The position numbers and the translations under genes were made by a program. A model generated the notes under the pieces. The model did no database searches and was not told where the DNA came from. It was given only the letters and a program-made list of their open reading frames with translations. Shown piece by piece: positions 14,700 through 27,331 of a stretch of 64,000 nucleotides of DNA. Each line of letters starts with the position of its first letter. The first letter of the stretch is position 1. This stretch comes from Octopus sinensis. Lineage: Eukaryota. The DNA lies in the NCBI RefSeq assembly GCF_006345805.1, contig NC_043007.1, positions 65,100,001 to 65,164,000 of the forward strand. The letters run 5' to 3'.

Positions 14700-16345
14700 C
14701 ACAATCCCCAAAATTCACCTAATTGTAACTGCCGTCTTGGAACCATCTGCCTATTATAAACCCATTGCAGAAGATATGTAATTTACAAATGCACTGTCCT
14801 TAATCTATTGCACAAATCTACAGCCATATACTATAGGATCCACCAAAAATTTTAAGCAACGATATGCCGCTTCGTTCCCCTCCATTCTTTTAGATACGAT
14901 AAACATAGTAAATCTACAACACTTGCCAACCACATACATCATCTCAAAAATACAAATATACCCTATACTTTATCATGGTCCATACCAAATTCAGGGCTTC
15001 CTACCGAGGTCAATGCTCAACCTGCAAGCTTAGCCTGAAGGAATCGCTTCACATATTAAAGCACAACTCTCCAACACTGCTAAATAAACATAATGAGGCA
15101 CTAAGCATATGCCACCACCGCTTTTTTCACACATTCAAATTCTACCACAAATCCAAATACCTAAATGACCATAAATTATATTTCCACAATACCCCTTAGG
15201 TAATCCCAATAACCATATAAGTCTATATTTTAACTCCTAATCCATATCTAATTCCTCTTTCATACTTGAATATCACAATCATTTAATTGTATTTGTATGT
15301 ATATGTGTACGTACGTATGTACGTGTATGTGTGTGTGTATGTGTGTGTATATATGTGTGTGTCTTTGTGTGTGTCTGTGTGTATGTATGTATGCGAGGTA
15401 TATTTACCTGCGCGTACAGGGATGATAATACATACAGATACACGTATATATGAGTATGCGTATATACATGTACATATGAATGCGTGTTGCATGTGTAAGT
15501 GTTGATGTGTATAAATATCTATATACATGTTTAATATACGGATGTGTGTACATCTTCACATATATATATCCTTCTACTACTAAGCATTAACCTATCCTCT
15601 AAGTAACCTAACCTTTATTCCCAAATTCTTCATTCCACCATTTTACTACCCCTACCCCCTCTCTCTGCCCCCCCACTTAGGCTCTATCATTACATACCTG
15701 ACACTCCTTTACTATTTACTCTATCATCCTTTTACACTCTCATATCTTTCTCCCTCTATCACACTCAACACCCAATTCCTTCTACCTGACACTCCTTTAC
15801 TGTTTACACTCTCATCACTTTACACTCTCACATCTTTCTCTCTCTATCACCCTCACCTCCCCTTTCTTTCTATCAATTTATCCTGACTGACCACTAACCA
15901 CTACACTTTCCCTCTCTTCATTTCTTTATTATCTTTCTCCCCGCCTTTCTTTTTTTCCTTTCTTTTTACCTCTCTTCCTGTTTTCGATTTGACCTTACAT
16001 GCACATTCCCAACTTTTAAGTAACTTAAAAAAACCTTGATTCAATAACAACGCTTACAAACTCTATGCTTGGAATGACGAATTTTAAATACTACTGGAAC
16101 TTACTCACAAGGTACTGGAAACTTATATGTATACCATTCTGCCTAAATAATGGACATGAAGATGCAAATCCATGCATATCTCACGTCTGTGTTCATCCCT
16201 CCACTTCCCTCACTATTTCATATCTTATCTAGAATAGCTATTGCTTAACCATTTTCTCACGCTGCCTCCGATTAAAGGATATATAAAATATCCCGGAAAC
16301 AGCCGTAAGACATATTTATAATGTTCTGAAATCTTTCACAGCCTT
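14700..16345 (+). mobile_element. Penelope-like element 3' part: GIY-YIG endonuclease remnant, 3' UTR and decayed pseudo-LTR
   Basis: NCNCR...VIYKCTV...IGSTKNFKQRYA...FRYDKHSKSTTLANHIHHLKNTNIPYTLSWSI...CSTCKLSLKE...LLNKHNEALSICHHR (frameshifted); hammerhead relic at 16264-16310; interrupted by microsatellites. Confidence 0.8.
16264..16310 (+). ncRNA. Decayed hammerhead relic
   Basis: GCCT-CCGATTA-AAGGATAT ataa ATATCC-CG-GAAAC-AGCC-GTA-AGAC; core mutated at positions 4 and 8, probably inactive. Confidence 0.35.
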
Positions 16346-16367
16346 GAATTTTTATCTCATTCTGTTA

Positions 16368-16423
<56 letters not shown>

Positions 16424-16523
16424 GCATATACATATATATACACACATATACATATATAGAGATTTCGTTTTTGGATTTGTTTACAAGATACTTTATGTGA
16501 GATCGTGTGTTGAAGGGTTTTTT

Positions 16524-16784
16524 GTTGTGTCTGGGGAGAGTCATTCTCCTTTGGTGCCTTATAATTTAACACACTCACTGGTAAAATTTCCACATATCTC
16601 TTTTTTAATTTTCTAAAATTTTCGTTGCGTCTTGCAACCTTTTGAATAGTTTTGACTCTCAAAACTATTGAAAAGGTTGCAAAACGCAACGAAAATTTTA
16701 GAAAAATAAAATAAATTGAAATTTAACAGGTCAGTGTGTTAAATTACAAGGCACCAAAAGAGAATGACTCTCTCCAGACACAAC
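16524..16784. repeat. Imperfect long palindrome (arms 16524-16655 and 16659-16784, 3-nt loop)
   Basis: Arms are reverse complements with scattered mismatches and one diverged A-rich block. Confidence 0.9.
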
Positions 16785-16785
16785 A

Positions 16786-16857
<72 letters not shown>

Positions 16858-16898
16858 TATTATTATTTATTTGAACGCGATGCATCCAATTCCAAGTA

Positions 16899-16947
<49 letters not shown>

Positions 16948-17777
16948 ATATGTGTGTGTGTGTGCATATATATATATGTATGGATTTGTTTATGTGTTTT
17001 ATGTATGTATGCGTGTCTTTATATTGCATTCCTGTTGTTAGGGTCTAAATGTAAAATTTTCAAAGCTTAAATTCAACACCATGCATACCTTCACATGTAC
17101 GTACTTATGCGTATGTGTGAGTTTTTATGTTTGTGTATATATTTGTGTAACTATGTGCTTGAGTGTATATCTGTGCGTGTGCGTGCGTACGCGCCTCTGT
17201 ACGATGTGATCCTTTGATAATTGTTAATGGTTGTAAATTAATTCATTAACGATAACGTTTTACCACATTCCACAACGTTTATATCAATGCCAACACAGGC
17301 GCAGACGCAACGCACACACACGTGCGCACGCACACATAGGCACACATGCACACACACACACGCACATTCAAATATGAACACACACACACACGTACACAGG
17401 GGCACACTTGCACGTGTTGGTGTATGTGTATAGGCTGACAGAGCAATAGGAAAAATGTCCGAAATCGTATAGTTTATTTGCCCAATAACCTTGCATAAAC
17501 TAGAGCACAATATCTGAACCATGGCAACCTGAACGGACTAATAAAATAATGCTCCTCCGCTTCATGGACCAGATCGATACTTGGTTTTACTGCTTTTTTA
17601 ACTCTTTCTTTCTCTGTCGGTCTCCTGTCTCTCTATCTACTATTTGCCATCGTCCACATAATTTACAGTGTGTCTGTCATGTGTGCTTGCGTTTGTGTGT
17701 ATATCTCTGTTAGTGTCCATGTAAGTGAGTGTACATAGGCATATGTATCTTCACACAAAACACACACACACACACAC

Positions 17778-17831
<54 letters not shown>

Positions 17832-18159
17832 CATAAATGTATATACATATGTGCGTGTATGTTTACGTTTGTATATGTGTGTGTATTAAATGCAGTGTGC
17901 CTGTCCTGCTCTACACAGGTTACTGTATTAGCTGCACAATACATATTTCTGTGTGTATGTGTGTATGTGTGTGCGTGTGTATGTGTTGTTACCGTGTGTG
18001 TGTGTATGTGTATATATATACATATATTCATACATACACATATATATATATACATACACATATATATATATATACACACACATACACATATATATATGTG
18101 TGTGTGTATGTGGTATGTGCGTGTGTGTATATGTGTGTATATATATATATTTGTATACA

Positions 18160-18213
<54 letters not shown>

Positions 18214-18499
18214 TACTTCAAATTTACAGAAAAGAGACGAAGAAATGTGAAGGAACAACAAGCAGGTATATAAGTTTAACGCTCGGAAAGGATGGAAAAG
18301 TCTTTGACGTCTCGAACCTATGCTCTTCGACAGAAGAGGCTGAGAGGGAGAAAATGGCTGGATATCGAACAAAAATCAGAGAGAAAAAATGTGTATATAC
18401 GGGGTTCGATGGGTAAATTTGTTATCATTTTATAGTTTTCATTTCATGCATACTCATTGTTTGTTTTTGATTTTGTCGACTATATATAGTAGGGTCTGA

Positions 18500-18856
18500 C
18501 CGTCAGACAATTTCTGCAACCACATGACACTAACATTTGGCCACCTAACTCCTAAGACTGCTACTCCCTTGATTATTATGTGTGTGAGAGAGAGACCACC
18601 AAAATTCCTTGTAACTGAAGGCAAGGATTATGGCAGCCTTCATCAACCTAAACAAGGAGACCATCCAGAGCTGCAGGAAATTTCTAAGACGTCTAGAGGC
18701 CGTGGTTGAAGCCAATGGCGATTTTATTGAATGAATTTACTTCTTAGTATTTCAATATAATTTATGTAATTTTGGTAAATATATCTGTTAAAATGAGATG
18801 TCAGTGTTATTTTCATTTTTACGTAGCTTAGATGACAATATATTCACCTCATCCGG
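18500..18856 (+). mobile_element. Tc1/mariner (maT/DD37D-like) transposase C-terminal fragment with right end
   Basis: WPPNS*DCYSLDYYV...RIMAAFINLNKETIQSCRKF.RRLEAVVEANGDFIE*; ends at TA. Confidence 0.75.
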
Positions 18857-18903
18857 TATATATAAACTGATGCATACATTTACAAATATGCATACATGTA
18901 CAT

Positions 18904-18998
<95 letters not shown>

Positions 18999-19144
18999 AG
19001 TAGTTGAATGAATTATCCTAGTATGGATAATTCGGTTAACCGATACCCGGGTAGCAAATTTACGTCAGAAAGCACGGTTGAAGCTACATGCCAAGGGCAG
19101 AAATTAAGTGCTTTCGTGTGGAAATTTGTATGTTTTTTTACTAT

Positions 19145-19298
19145 AGATAAATGAAAGAATGGAGTCGAACGACGATTTAACAAAATTCCTTTATTCTCGA
19201 CATGTTTCGAAGACTGCATATTCTTAATTCCGAAGGAATAAAGGGTGCATAAAGGAATTTTGTTAAATCGTCGTTCGACTCCATTCTTTCATTTATCT
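19145..19298. repeat. Perfect 49-bp inverted repeat around a half-hammerhead motif (Penelope-like)
   Basis: Arms 19145-19193 and 19250-19298; spacer carries GAAAC-AT-GTC on minus strand at 19199-19208. Confidence 0.85.
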
Positions 19299-19320
19299 CT
19301 CTCTCAATATATATATATAA

Positions 19321-19706
19321 TCTTTTACGTTTTACTTGTCTTAGTTATTTGACTGCGTCTATGCGGGGGCAATACCTTGAAGAAAGTATCGATTCCAGTA
19401 CTTACATTTTATATACCCGGTACTTATTCTGTTGGTCACTTTTACCGAACCTTTAAGTTACGGGGATATAAACACACCAGCTCCGGTTATCATATCGTGG
19501 TGGCGGACGAACACAAGCACAAACGCACATACACGCATAGATATATATTCATATATATGACGGGCTTCTTTCAGTTTCCCTCTACCAAATCCACTCATAA
19601 GGCATTGGTCAACCGAAGCTATAGCAGAAGAAACTTATCCACGCAGTAAAACTGAACCCAGAACCATGTGGTTGAGAATCAAGCTTCCTACCACACAACT
19701 ACGCCT
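19321..19706 (-). mobile_element. SINE family D, full-length degenerate copy
   Basis: Reverse-complement match to head, body and tail of 45692-46149. Confidence 0.8.
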
Positions 19707-20124
19707 AATCTAGATCCTTCATATATCGTATGAAATCATTAAGACCAAAGATTAGTGCATAGAAAGTTCTTCCCAAAATGCGGAGTCAGGCAAACATTTT
19801 TTAATGTATTTATATATTTACTGACACTCGATTATCATGAATAAATCCTTTTCTCTCTCTGTCACACACAATTTCTCTGTACACCCCCCACACCTCCGCG
19901 TGTATATAAACTTATTTATACAATATATATGTTTACTTATATATATAACGAGTGAGAGAGAGAGAGAGAGAAAGGGGGAAAGAAAATAGATAGATAGTTA
20001 GGTAGATAGATAGATAATTATATATATAATTATTATATATATTATATATATATATCTATAATATATCTATAATATTATATATATAATATATATTATTATA
20101 TATAATATATATATATATTATATA

Positions 20125-22110
20125 CCGTATTTGACGGCATATAGGACGCACTTTTTTCCAAAAAATTTGGCTCAAAAAATCGCCCTGCGTCTAATATGCG
20201 AAGTCAAGACCCTCCCGTAGGCTAATCTTCTCCCAGACGCTCACTAACCTAGCTTACGATAAGTATTTCTACCTACGCTAACGCCTTAATGATATTTTCT
20301 GTACTCATGCATCATTATTTTATTTCTAGTATTATTATTATTATTATTATTACCAGTATTATTACTTTAAAATACGAATTATCGTAAAAATCAAAGCAAT
20401 CTACCGTAAATTGTTAGGCTGCGATCCATGACACACGTTTACTAATATCAGTTGATCGGAACCCTAACTCGATGCCATCTGACGGTGAGGAGTAAAACTA
20501 CGGAATGCACATGATCGTTGCGAGTTCGTGTATATACGGAGGTAGGTTGGATATCTTGGTACAACAAAGTTTATGATCATAACAAAACACACTACAACAG
20601 TACAAGCACCCTCACGGCTATGGCAGCAAAAAGATCAAGCTACAAAATCTCCTACAAACTACGAGTGGTAGATTATGCCAAGGAGCATGGAAATAGAGCA
20701 GCAGCAAGGGTTTTTGGGCCACCACCTACAGAAAAAATGATACGTGTCTGGCGACAGCAAGAAGAGCAGCTGATGAGAGCACAGAAAGGTAAACATAACC
20801 TTCGTTGCCCAGCCCCACATTGGCCAGAACTTGAGGATGATATAAAAACGTGGGTGCTTGATGAGAGAAACTCAGGGAGAAGTGTATCTACCAAAATGAT
20901 AATTCATGAGGCCATGAGAGTAGCAGAACAACGAGGGATACAGAACTTTGCAGAAACAGAAGGTTGGTGTTACAGGTTTATGAAACGGAAGGGTTTATCA
21001 ATGCGTACAAAAATCATCCATTGCACAAAAAATGCCTGCTGATTATGAAGAAAAAATATTAGATTTTCATAGATTTGTTATAAATGCAAGAAAGAAAACT
21101 TGTTTTGAACTGGGCCAAATAGGGAATATGGACGAAGTTCCACTCACATTTGACGTACCATCCAACAGGACTGTGAGTGTCAAAGGGTCTAAAACGGTTT
21201 CGATAAAAACCACTGGCCACGAAAAGACCCACTATACAGTAGCTCTGGCCTGTTGTGCTGATGGCATAAAACTGCCACCTCTTTTGATATTTAAGAGAAA
21301 AACTCAGCCTAAGGATAAAATTCCAAGAGGTGTACTAGTTCATGTTCACGAAAAAGGCTGGATGGACGAAAATGGAATGAAACTGTGGTTACAAAATATA
21401 TGGTCAAGGCGTCCTGGTGGACTATTAAGAAAACCTTCTCTTCTGGTTTGGGATCAGTTTAGAGCATATAGAACTGAAGCCATTAAAAAAAGGGTGTGAG
21501 AATTGAAAACGCAGTTAGCTGTCATTCCTGGTGGACTGACGAGCCAATTGCAGCCTTTAGATGTGTCTGTGAATAAGCCATTTAAGCAGAACATGCGTGA
21601 ACATTGGAACAAGTGGATGGCAGAGCCACATCATGCCCCCACACCCACAGGAAGAATGAAGCGGCCCACCATTGCTGAAGTGTGTGAGTGGGTGAAGAAA
21701 TCTTGGGATGATGTTAGGCCTGAAATCATTGTGAAGGCTTTTAAGAAGTGTGGCATTAGCAATACCCTTGATGACACAGAAGATGATGCATTATTTGAAG
21801 ACAGTGATTTAAGCAGTAGTGATGAAGATCTTCCTTGTTTTGAAGATGATGAAGACTTTTCTGGTGTAGAAGATGATGAAGAGTTTTCTGGTTAAAAAGA
21901 TGATTAAAGATGATTACTATTGTAATTTGTATGCTTTCCTTTTGTATGCTTGCTTTTATACAGCAATGTTTTCTGCTTTTGTAATGTGCTGCTAGACTGC
22001 TTTCAACAATATATGCTTGAATACACTTAAAACCTTTTTTCCTGAATTTGACCTGCTGAAATGAGGGTGCGTCTAATATGCCAGTGCGTCTAATATGCCG
22101 TCAAATACGG
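20125..22110 (+). mobile_element. pogo-superfamily DNA transposon, full length (1986 bp)
   Basis: 27-bp TIRs CCGTATTTGACGGCATAT(AG/TA)GACGCAC with 2 mismatches; TA TSD at 20123-20124 and 22111-22112; subterminal GCGTCTAATATGC repeats; transposase ORFs inside. Confidence 0.95.
20518..21895 (+). pseudogene. pogo transposase (BrkDBD-like + CENP-B HTH + DDE_1) with one frameshift and one premature stop
   Basis: KRSSYKISYKLRVVDYAKEHGNRAAARVFG; GNMDEVP, LVWDQFRA, LQPLDVSVNKPFK; +1 insertion near 21010; TGA at 21497-21499. Confidence 0.9.
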
Positions 22111-23597
22111 TATATTATATATATATATTATATAACTATTATATTATATATATAATTAATTATATATATAACGAATGAGAAAGAGAGAAAGGGGGAGAAA
22201 AAATAGATAGATAGATAGATCGATAGATCAGTTTTCTGAAAATAAGATTGTATGCTCAAGATCAAGACACTTAGAAACCCTGCCCACTTCGGAAAAAAGC
22301 ATTCTTTGTCGTAGTCAAGTGAAGGTATGCAGTCTACCAATTGCTTTACCCAAGCACATAATTGCCCTCAACATCCCACTATTCACTTCAAGGTATACTT
22401 GTAAGTATTGAGTAATTCATCGAAAAGCAGAAGACTCGACTCCAGCCCATCTACATTCATCCACCATACTGCTTATTTTAATATTGCTCAAGGCAGAAAC
22501 TTCCAGACCGTCTTTATCAAAGGCAAGATGGCAAGACCATTAAAACTGTTCTGTGCTCGGAAATAACTGCTTGAGAGTGGAATATTGCCTGTGGAATATT
22601 GCAGTCTGGTGAATAGATGCCAATCACTTATCTACTAATATTGCTAACATATTTGAACGTCACAATTGTCCTGAATTCTATAATAATATTCGAGTGACAA
22701 TTCAATCGTTCTTTTTTTGTTGATCAACCCCTGCATTGCTCCGATATCACAGATACTATAATCAAAAGCATTCTCTCTATGGCCAATCCCCTTTTCATTC
22801 CTTTTCTTCGGAGAGGGAGGCTTAAAGTGAAGAACATACGGATGTTATTTCAGATCTAGTTAAAACTTCGAGTCCCTTTCTATTGGTTCGTATATAGTCT
22901 TGGTGACTCTTTAGGGACTTCTACGGATTTTTTTTAAAAGAACCAACCTGCACTAGTGCAAATTACCACGCCTTGTCATGTCAAATATCCCTTAAAGGAC
23001 TATCTTATGAGAGTTTCTTGGTGCAATTTGAAGAAATCCGACTACTATTTTCAGAGGTAGAGTAAAATACTCAATTCTCGGTAACACAACAGAAAACGCT
23101 AGAGTTGAGCAACATACAGGAACTATTAGCTTTACATTTACACAATTTCGTACGTAACTGCACAGAATTTGAAAATACTGATCACATCTTTCATTAGACC
23201 AATAACAACTTTCGAAATTCCTTGATCTGAGACCGTGTCTTTTAACTGAAATATACTAATAGTGTTCTGGTCGTAGACGTATCAACAAAGACTTTGTTAT
23301 TAAAACCGTTTATGTGCCCTGATTAATGCTTTAGCATGTTATGTGGTCAGGAACAATATTTTAATATTTAGTTTGATATTTTAAAATCGAATGTTTATAC
23401 ATTTTGAAAATTGTATGACAATCAGAATCCCTAATAAATGATTCTGACGGCTAATGTCGCTTGATGTACTTTCAGCAAATCGTTTGTTGTTGTTGAATTT
23501 CATAATTAAAGGGTTAACGTCGGTGGATTTTCCATCGATTTCAACGACGGACAGATTTTTGTTAATTCATGTGAATTATCTGCTCATTAAATTACCA

Positions 23598-25360
23598 TAA
23601 AAAAAATGACCACCGGCAAAGCTCCAGGCTCTGACGCCATCCCTGCAGAGGTGTTCAAGTCGGGAGGCCCCACCATGATCAGTCAGCTCACCAGCCTGTT
23701 CCAGTCGATGTGGGACAGGGAACAACTCCCTCAAGATTTCCGGGATGCAACAATCGTCCACATTTATAAGCGGAAAGGAGATCGGCAGTCCTGCGACAAC
23801 CACCGAGGTATTTCCCTCTTGTCCATAGCAGGCAAGATCCTGGCCCGGGTCCTGCTTGACCGCCTTCTGGAACACTTGGAGCAAGGCCTTCTCCCTGAGA
23901 GCCAGTGTGGCTTCCGTGCGGGTCGAGGGACCACTGACATGATATTCGCCGCCCGCCAGCTCCAGGAGAAATGCATGGAGCAGCACCTTGACCTCTGCAT
24001 GACCTTTGTTGACCTCACCAAGGCCTTTGATACAGTCAGTCGGGAGGGACTATGGAAGGTCATGGGAAAATTTGGTTGCCCCAGCAAATTTATTGCAATT
24101 GTCCGCCAGTTCCACGACGAAATGACAGCCAGAATCCTTGAGGACGGCGACTCATCTGAAGCCTTCCAGGTTACCAACGGAGTCAGGCAGGGCTGTGTCC
24201 TGGCCCCAACACTGTTCAGCATCATGTTCTCGGCAATGATGTCCGACGCCTTTAGGGACTGCAAGTCCGGTATCAACATCAAGTACAGGACAGACGGGAA
24301 ACTTTTCAACTCCAGGAGATTGCAGGCTGTCACAAAGGTGAGGGAGACAGTCGTCAGAGACTTTCTCTTTGCTGACGACTGCGCCCTTAATGCAATCGAT
24401 GAGCAGGAGATGCAGCTCGAGATGGACAGGTTCTCATCAGCCTGTGACAACTTCGGTCTCACCATCAGTGCAAAGAAAACCGAAGTGATGTTTCAGCCAG
24501 CCCCCGGCAAACAATACCATGAGCCTCAGATAAGGGTGAACGGACGGATCTTACGAGTGGTGGAAAACTTCACCTACCTGGGCAGCACTCTCTCCTGCAA
24601 TGCCAACATAGATGCTGAAACCATCAACAGAATCTCCAAGGCAAGCAGCGCGTTTGGGAGACTGCGAAAGAAAGTCTGGGAGCGGAGAGGAATCAGCCTC
24701 AACACCAAGCTGAAAGTCTACCGGGCAGTCGTGCTTACCACTCTACTATACGGCTGCGAGACGTGGACTGCTTACCGAAGGCACGAGCGCCAGATAAACC
24801 ACTTCCATCTCAGGTGTCTTCGGAATCTCCTTCACATCCGCTGGCAGGACAAAGTCCCAGACACGGAAGTTCTGAAGCAGGCAGATCTCCCTAGCACCAT
24901 CACAATCATGCGCAAGGCCCAGCTGAGATGGGCGGGCCACGTCTCCCGCATGTCCGACACTCGCATCCCAAAACAGCTCTTCTACGGTGAACTCGGCCAG
25001 GGCAGGCGCAAAGTCGGAGGGCAGAAAAAGCGCTACAAGGATAGTCTCAAGGTCTCTCTCAAAGACTTCTCCATCGGAACAGAGACCTGGGAGACACTTG
25101 CTGCCAACCGCTCATCCTGGCGCAGCGCAATCACCGTGGGAGCAGGGACAGCCGAGGAGGGACGGATTCGGTCAGCGGAGCAGAAACGTCAGATGCGTAA
25201 AGTCAGAGCCGCCTGCACCAGTAGCACTGCCCCTACCCACTTCTGCCCCACCTGTGGGAGGGGCTTCCTTGCCCGGATTGGCCTCACCAGCCACCTCCGG
25301 TCTCATGGCGGCAGTTCCATCAGATGATGTCAGTTGGTCATCTTCGAACCGAAGGACGAA
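23598..25360 (+). mobile_element. RTE-clade LINE, 5'-truncated, young insertion with 13-bp TSD
   Basis: TSD CATTAAATTACCA at 23585-23597 and 25361-25373; uninterrupted RT frame; 33-nt 3' UTR with CTTCG/CGAAG hairpin; visibly GC-richer than flanks. Confidence 0.95.
23606..25327 (+). CDS. RTE ORF2 reverse transcriptase (APE domain missing) with C-terminal C2H2-type zinc finger, 573 aa
   Basis: KAPGSDAIP, DLTKAFDTV, GVRQGCVLAP, LFADD, FTYLGS, RLRWAGHV-like motif, CPTCGRGFLARIGLTSHLRSH. Confidence 0.9.
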   Translation: MTTGKAPGSDAIPAEVFKSGGPTMISQLTSLFQSMWDREQLPQDFRDATIVHIYKRKGDRQSCDNHRGISLLSIAGKILARVLLDRLLEHLEQGLLPESQCGFRAGRGTTDMIFAARQLQEKCMEQHLDLCMTFVDLTKAFDTVSREGLWKVMGKFGCPSKFIAIVRQFHDEMTARILEDGDSSEAFQVTNGVRQGCVLAPTLFSIMFSAMMSDAFRDCKSGINIKYRTDGKLFNSRRLQAVTKVRETVVRDFLFADDCALNAIDEQEMQLEMDRFSSACDNFGLTISAKKTEVMFQPAPGKQYHEPQIRVNGRILRVVENFTYLGSTLSCNANIDAETINRISKASSAFGRLRKKVWERRGISLNTKLKVYRAVVLTTLLYGCETWTAYRRHERQINHFHLRCLRNLLHIRWQDKVPDTEVLKQADLPSTITIMRKAQLRWAGHVSRMSDTRIPKQLFYGELGQGRRKVGGQKKRYKDSLKVSLKDFSIGTETWETLAANRSSWRSAITVGAGTAEEGRIRSAEQKRQMRKVRAACTSSTAPTHFCPTCGRGFLARIGLTSHLRSHGGSSIR

Positions 25361-25649
25361 CATTAAATTACCAAACAAGTGGCTGAGTATTCCAAAGATT
25401 CATGTGGTTGTGTGCTATCAACATAGGTCTCAAGCCGAGTACGCGTTATACAATATGACAAAGAATAACGGAATAATGGAAACAACTCCTCCCAAGAATA
25501 TAATAAAAAAACACTTCATCAAGATGGCACGCAGTTGGATCCAACCAGGAACTTCATGATTGTGAAATATCTTAACTTTTCGGACATACCTGTGTCTAGT
25601 TGATAGTCGTTTCTGTTGATACTCGTTTCTTACAAGGCCATAAATTTTT

Positions 25650-26050
25650 GAATAGTGGGTGTTTAGCTGGTTACATCGACCCGAGTGCTTGAGTGACACC
25701 ATTTTATCCATACCGGAGGGATGAAAAGTAAAGCTGAATTTGGTTGGATTTGAACTCAGAACGTAAAGTGCGGGAACAAACGCTGCAAAGCATATTTTTC
25801 AACATCCCAACAATTTTGTCAATCCGTCACCCTAAATTTCTGATTTATGCTCAAGTACAACAGTTTTGAGTGGAAGGGGTTAGTCAATAGTACCGACTCC
25901 GGTATTTGACTAGTACTTTGTTTTATCAACCTCAGTAGGATGAAAAGCAAAGTTGGTCTCAGTAGGATTTAAATTCAGAAGGTAAAGAGCGGGGACAAAC
26001 ATTGCAAGACCTATATTCCGAAACCCTGGCAATTCTGCTAATCTGTTGCC
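25650..26050 (-). mobile_element. Two old degenerate SINE A copies
   Basis: ggatgaaaag...ggatttgaactcagaacgtaaag motif twice, reverse of SINE A. Confidence 0.6.
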
Positions 26051-27142
26051 CTGTCTCTCATTAATCATACATATTACCGAACAAGACTGAATATAACGAT
26101 GTATTTATGTTTTAAATGGCTATCATGGCTCTTCCTAGTCAATGTAATTATTTATAAATTGTATTCCATTAATATCCGCTATTTCCTTAATAATTGGTTC
26201 TATTTTTGTTTCATTAATTTATCCTATTTCCTAAGTGTCATTGTTAAATATCCATGGATTTTAATCTTAATTGCAAAACTATATCCCTATTAAGATTTTT
26301 TTTTAAACTTACAAACTTCACTTCAAACCATTTATTAAACAAATGAAAATGATTGTTTTCAGTGACAACTTCGTTTTCTACTGCTTTGTGAAAAACCAGC
26401 TGATGGTTGGCATTTGACAGAATCCGAAGATATTTTCTATTTTTCCCTCTATTTTCTTTTCTCTAGTTCTATCATTTCATCTACTTATTAAAGGAAGATT
26501 CATTCTTATTTGTGTTGCTACTTCAACAATCATAACCCATAACATATAGTCACAACATGCTCCATATTTCTTCGTGTGTCATACTCGAATGGCGAATAAT
26601 AAAAGAAAAAAACAAATAAATTTCTTCACACAGAAAAGTTCTTGGCTTGAACCGATTCCTGTTGGAGATACGTATTTGTTAGGACTATAACAGGAAAACC
26701 TTTCCCCAGTATTTCCTTCAAAAGCGAGGAAGTAAGTTGATGTACGTATGCTTCACGAAACAGAAAGGCTTTCTTTGTGTCTTCAACAAAGGAATTGAAA
26801 TAAGTACTAGCCAATGTATGGGACAGTACTTCCTCTACTGAAGGTGTAAAAATCCAATTTTGTTTGGATTGGGAGACTGAGACTAAGCTATGCATGAAAC
26901 TGAAGTGGTATGATCCACAGCCACCTATACACTTTTCCCATATTACTTAGATCAAACAATGCAACACAAAGATGAGAGCTAGAGGCATTACCAGTGACTT
27001 TAACCACAGGTCCATTATCACATTTGTGGCACAATATAGATACAATATGGGCAGGTGATACAACTAACAATAGTATGGACACTGCAGCACAAAACACTTA
27101 ATCTATGTTGATAGATTTTTCTAAGGATGTGGGTGATATATT

Positions 27143-27201
27143 CAACACTCACTTTTGGATTTCTATGTGATATTCTATGGAATATTTCTCATATCACTTT
27201 A

Positions 27202-27279
<78 letters not shown>

Positions 27280-27331
27280 ATTATTATTATTATTATTATT
27301 ATCATCAACATCATGATCATCATCACCATCA

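Noticed and set aside
23764-25559. Antisense and alternate-frame ORFs (233 aa, 190 aa, 136 aa) over the RTE
   Set aside because: Shadow ORFs expected in GC-rich coding sequence.
26626-27097. Two minus-strand ORFs (89 and 69 aa) in non-repetitive sequence
   Set aside because: No diagnostic motifs; may be a very old TE remnant; splice signals do not yield a convincing exon.
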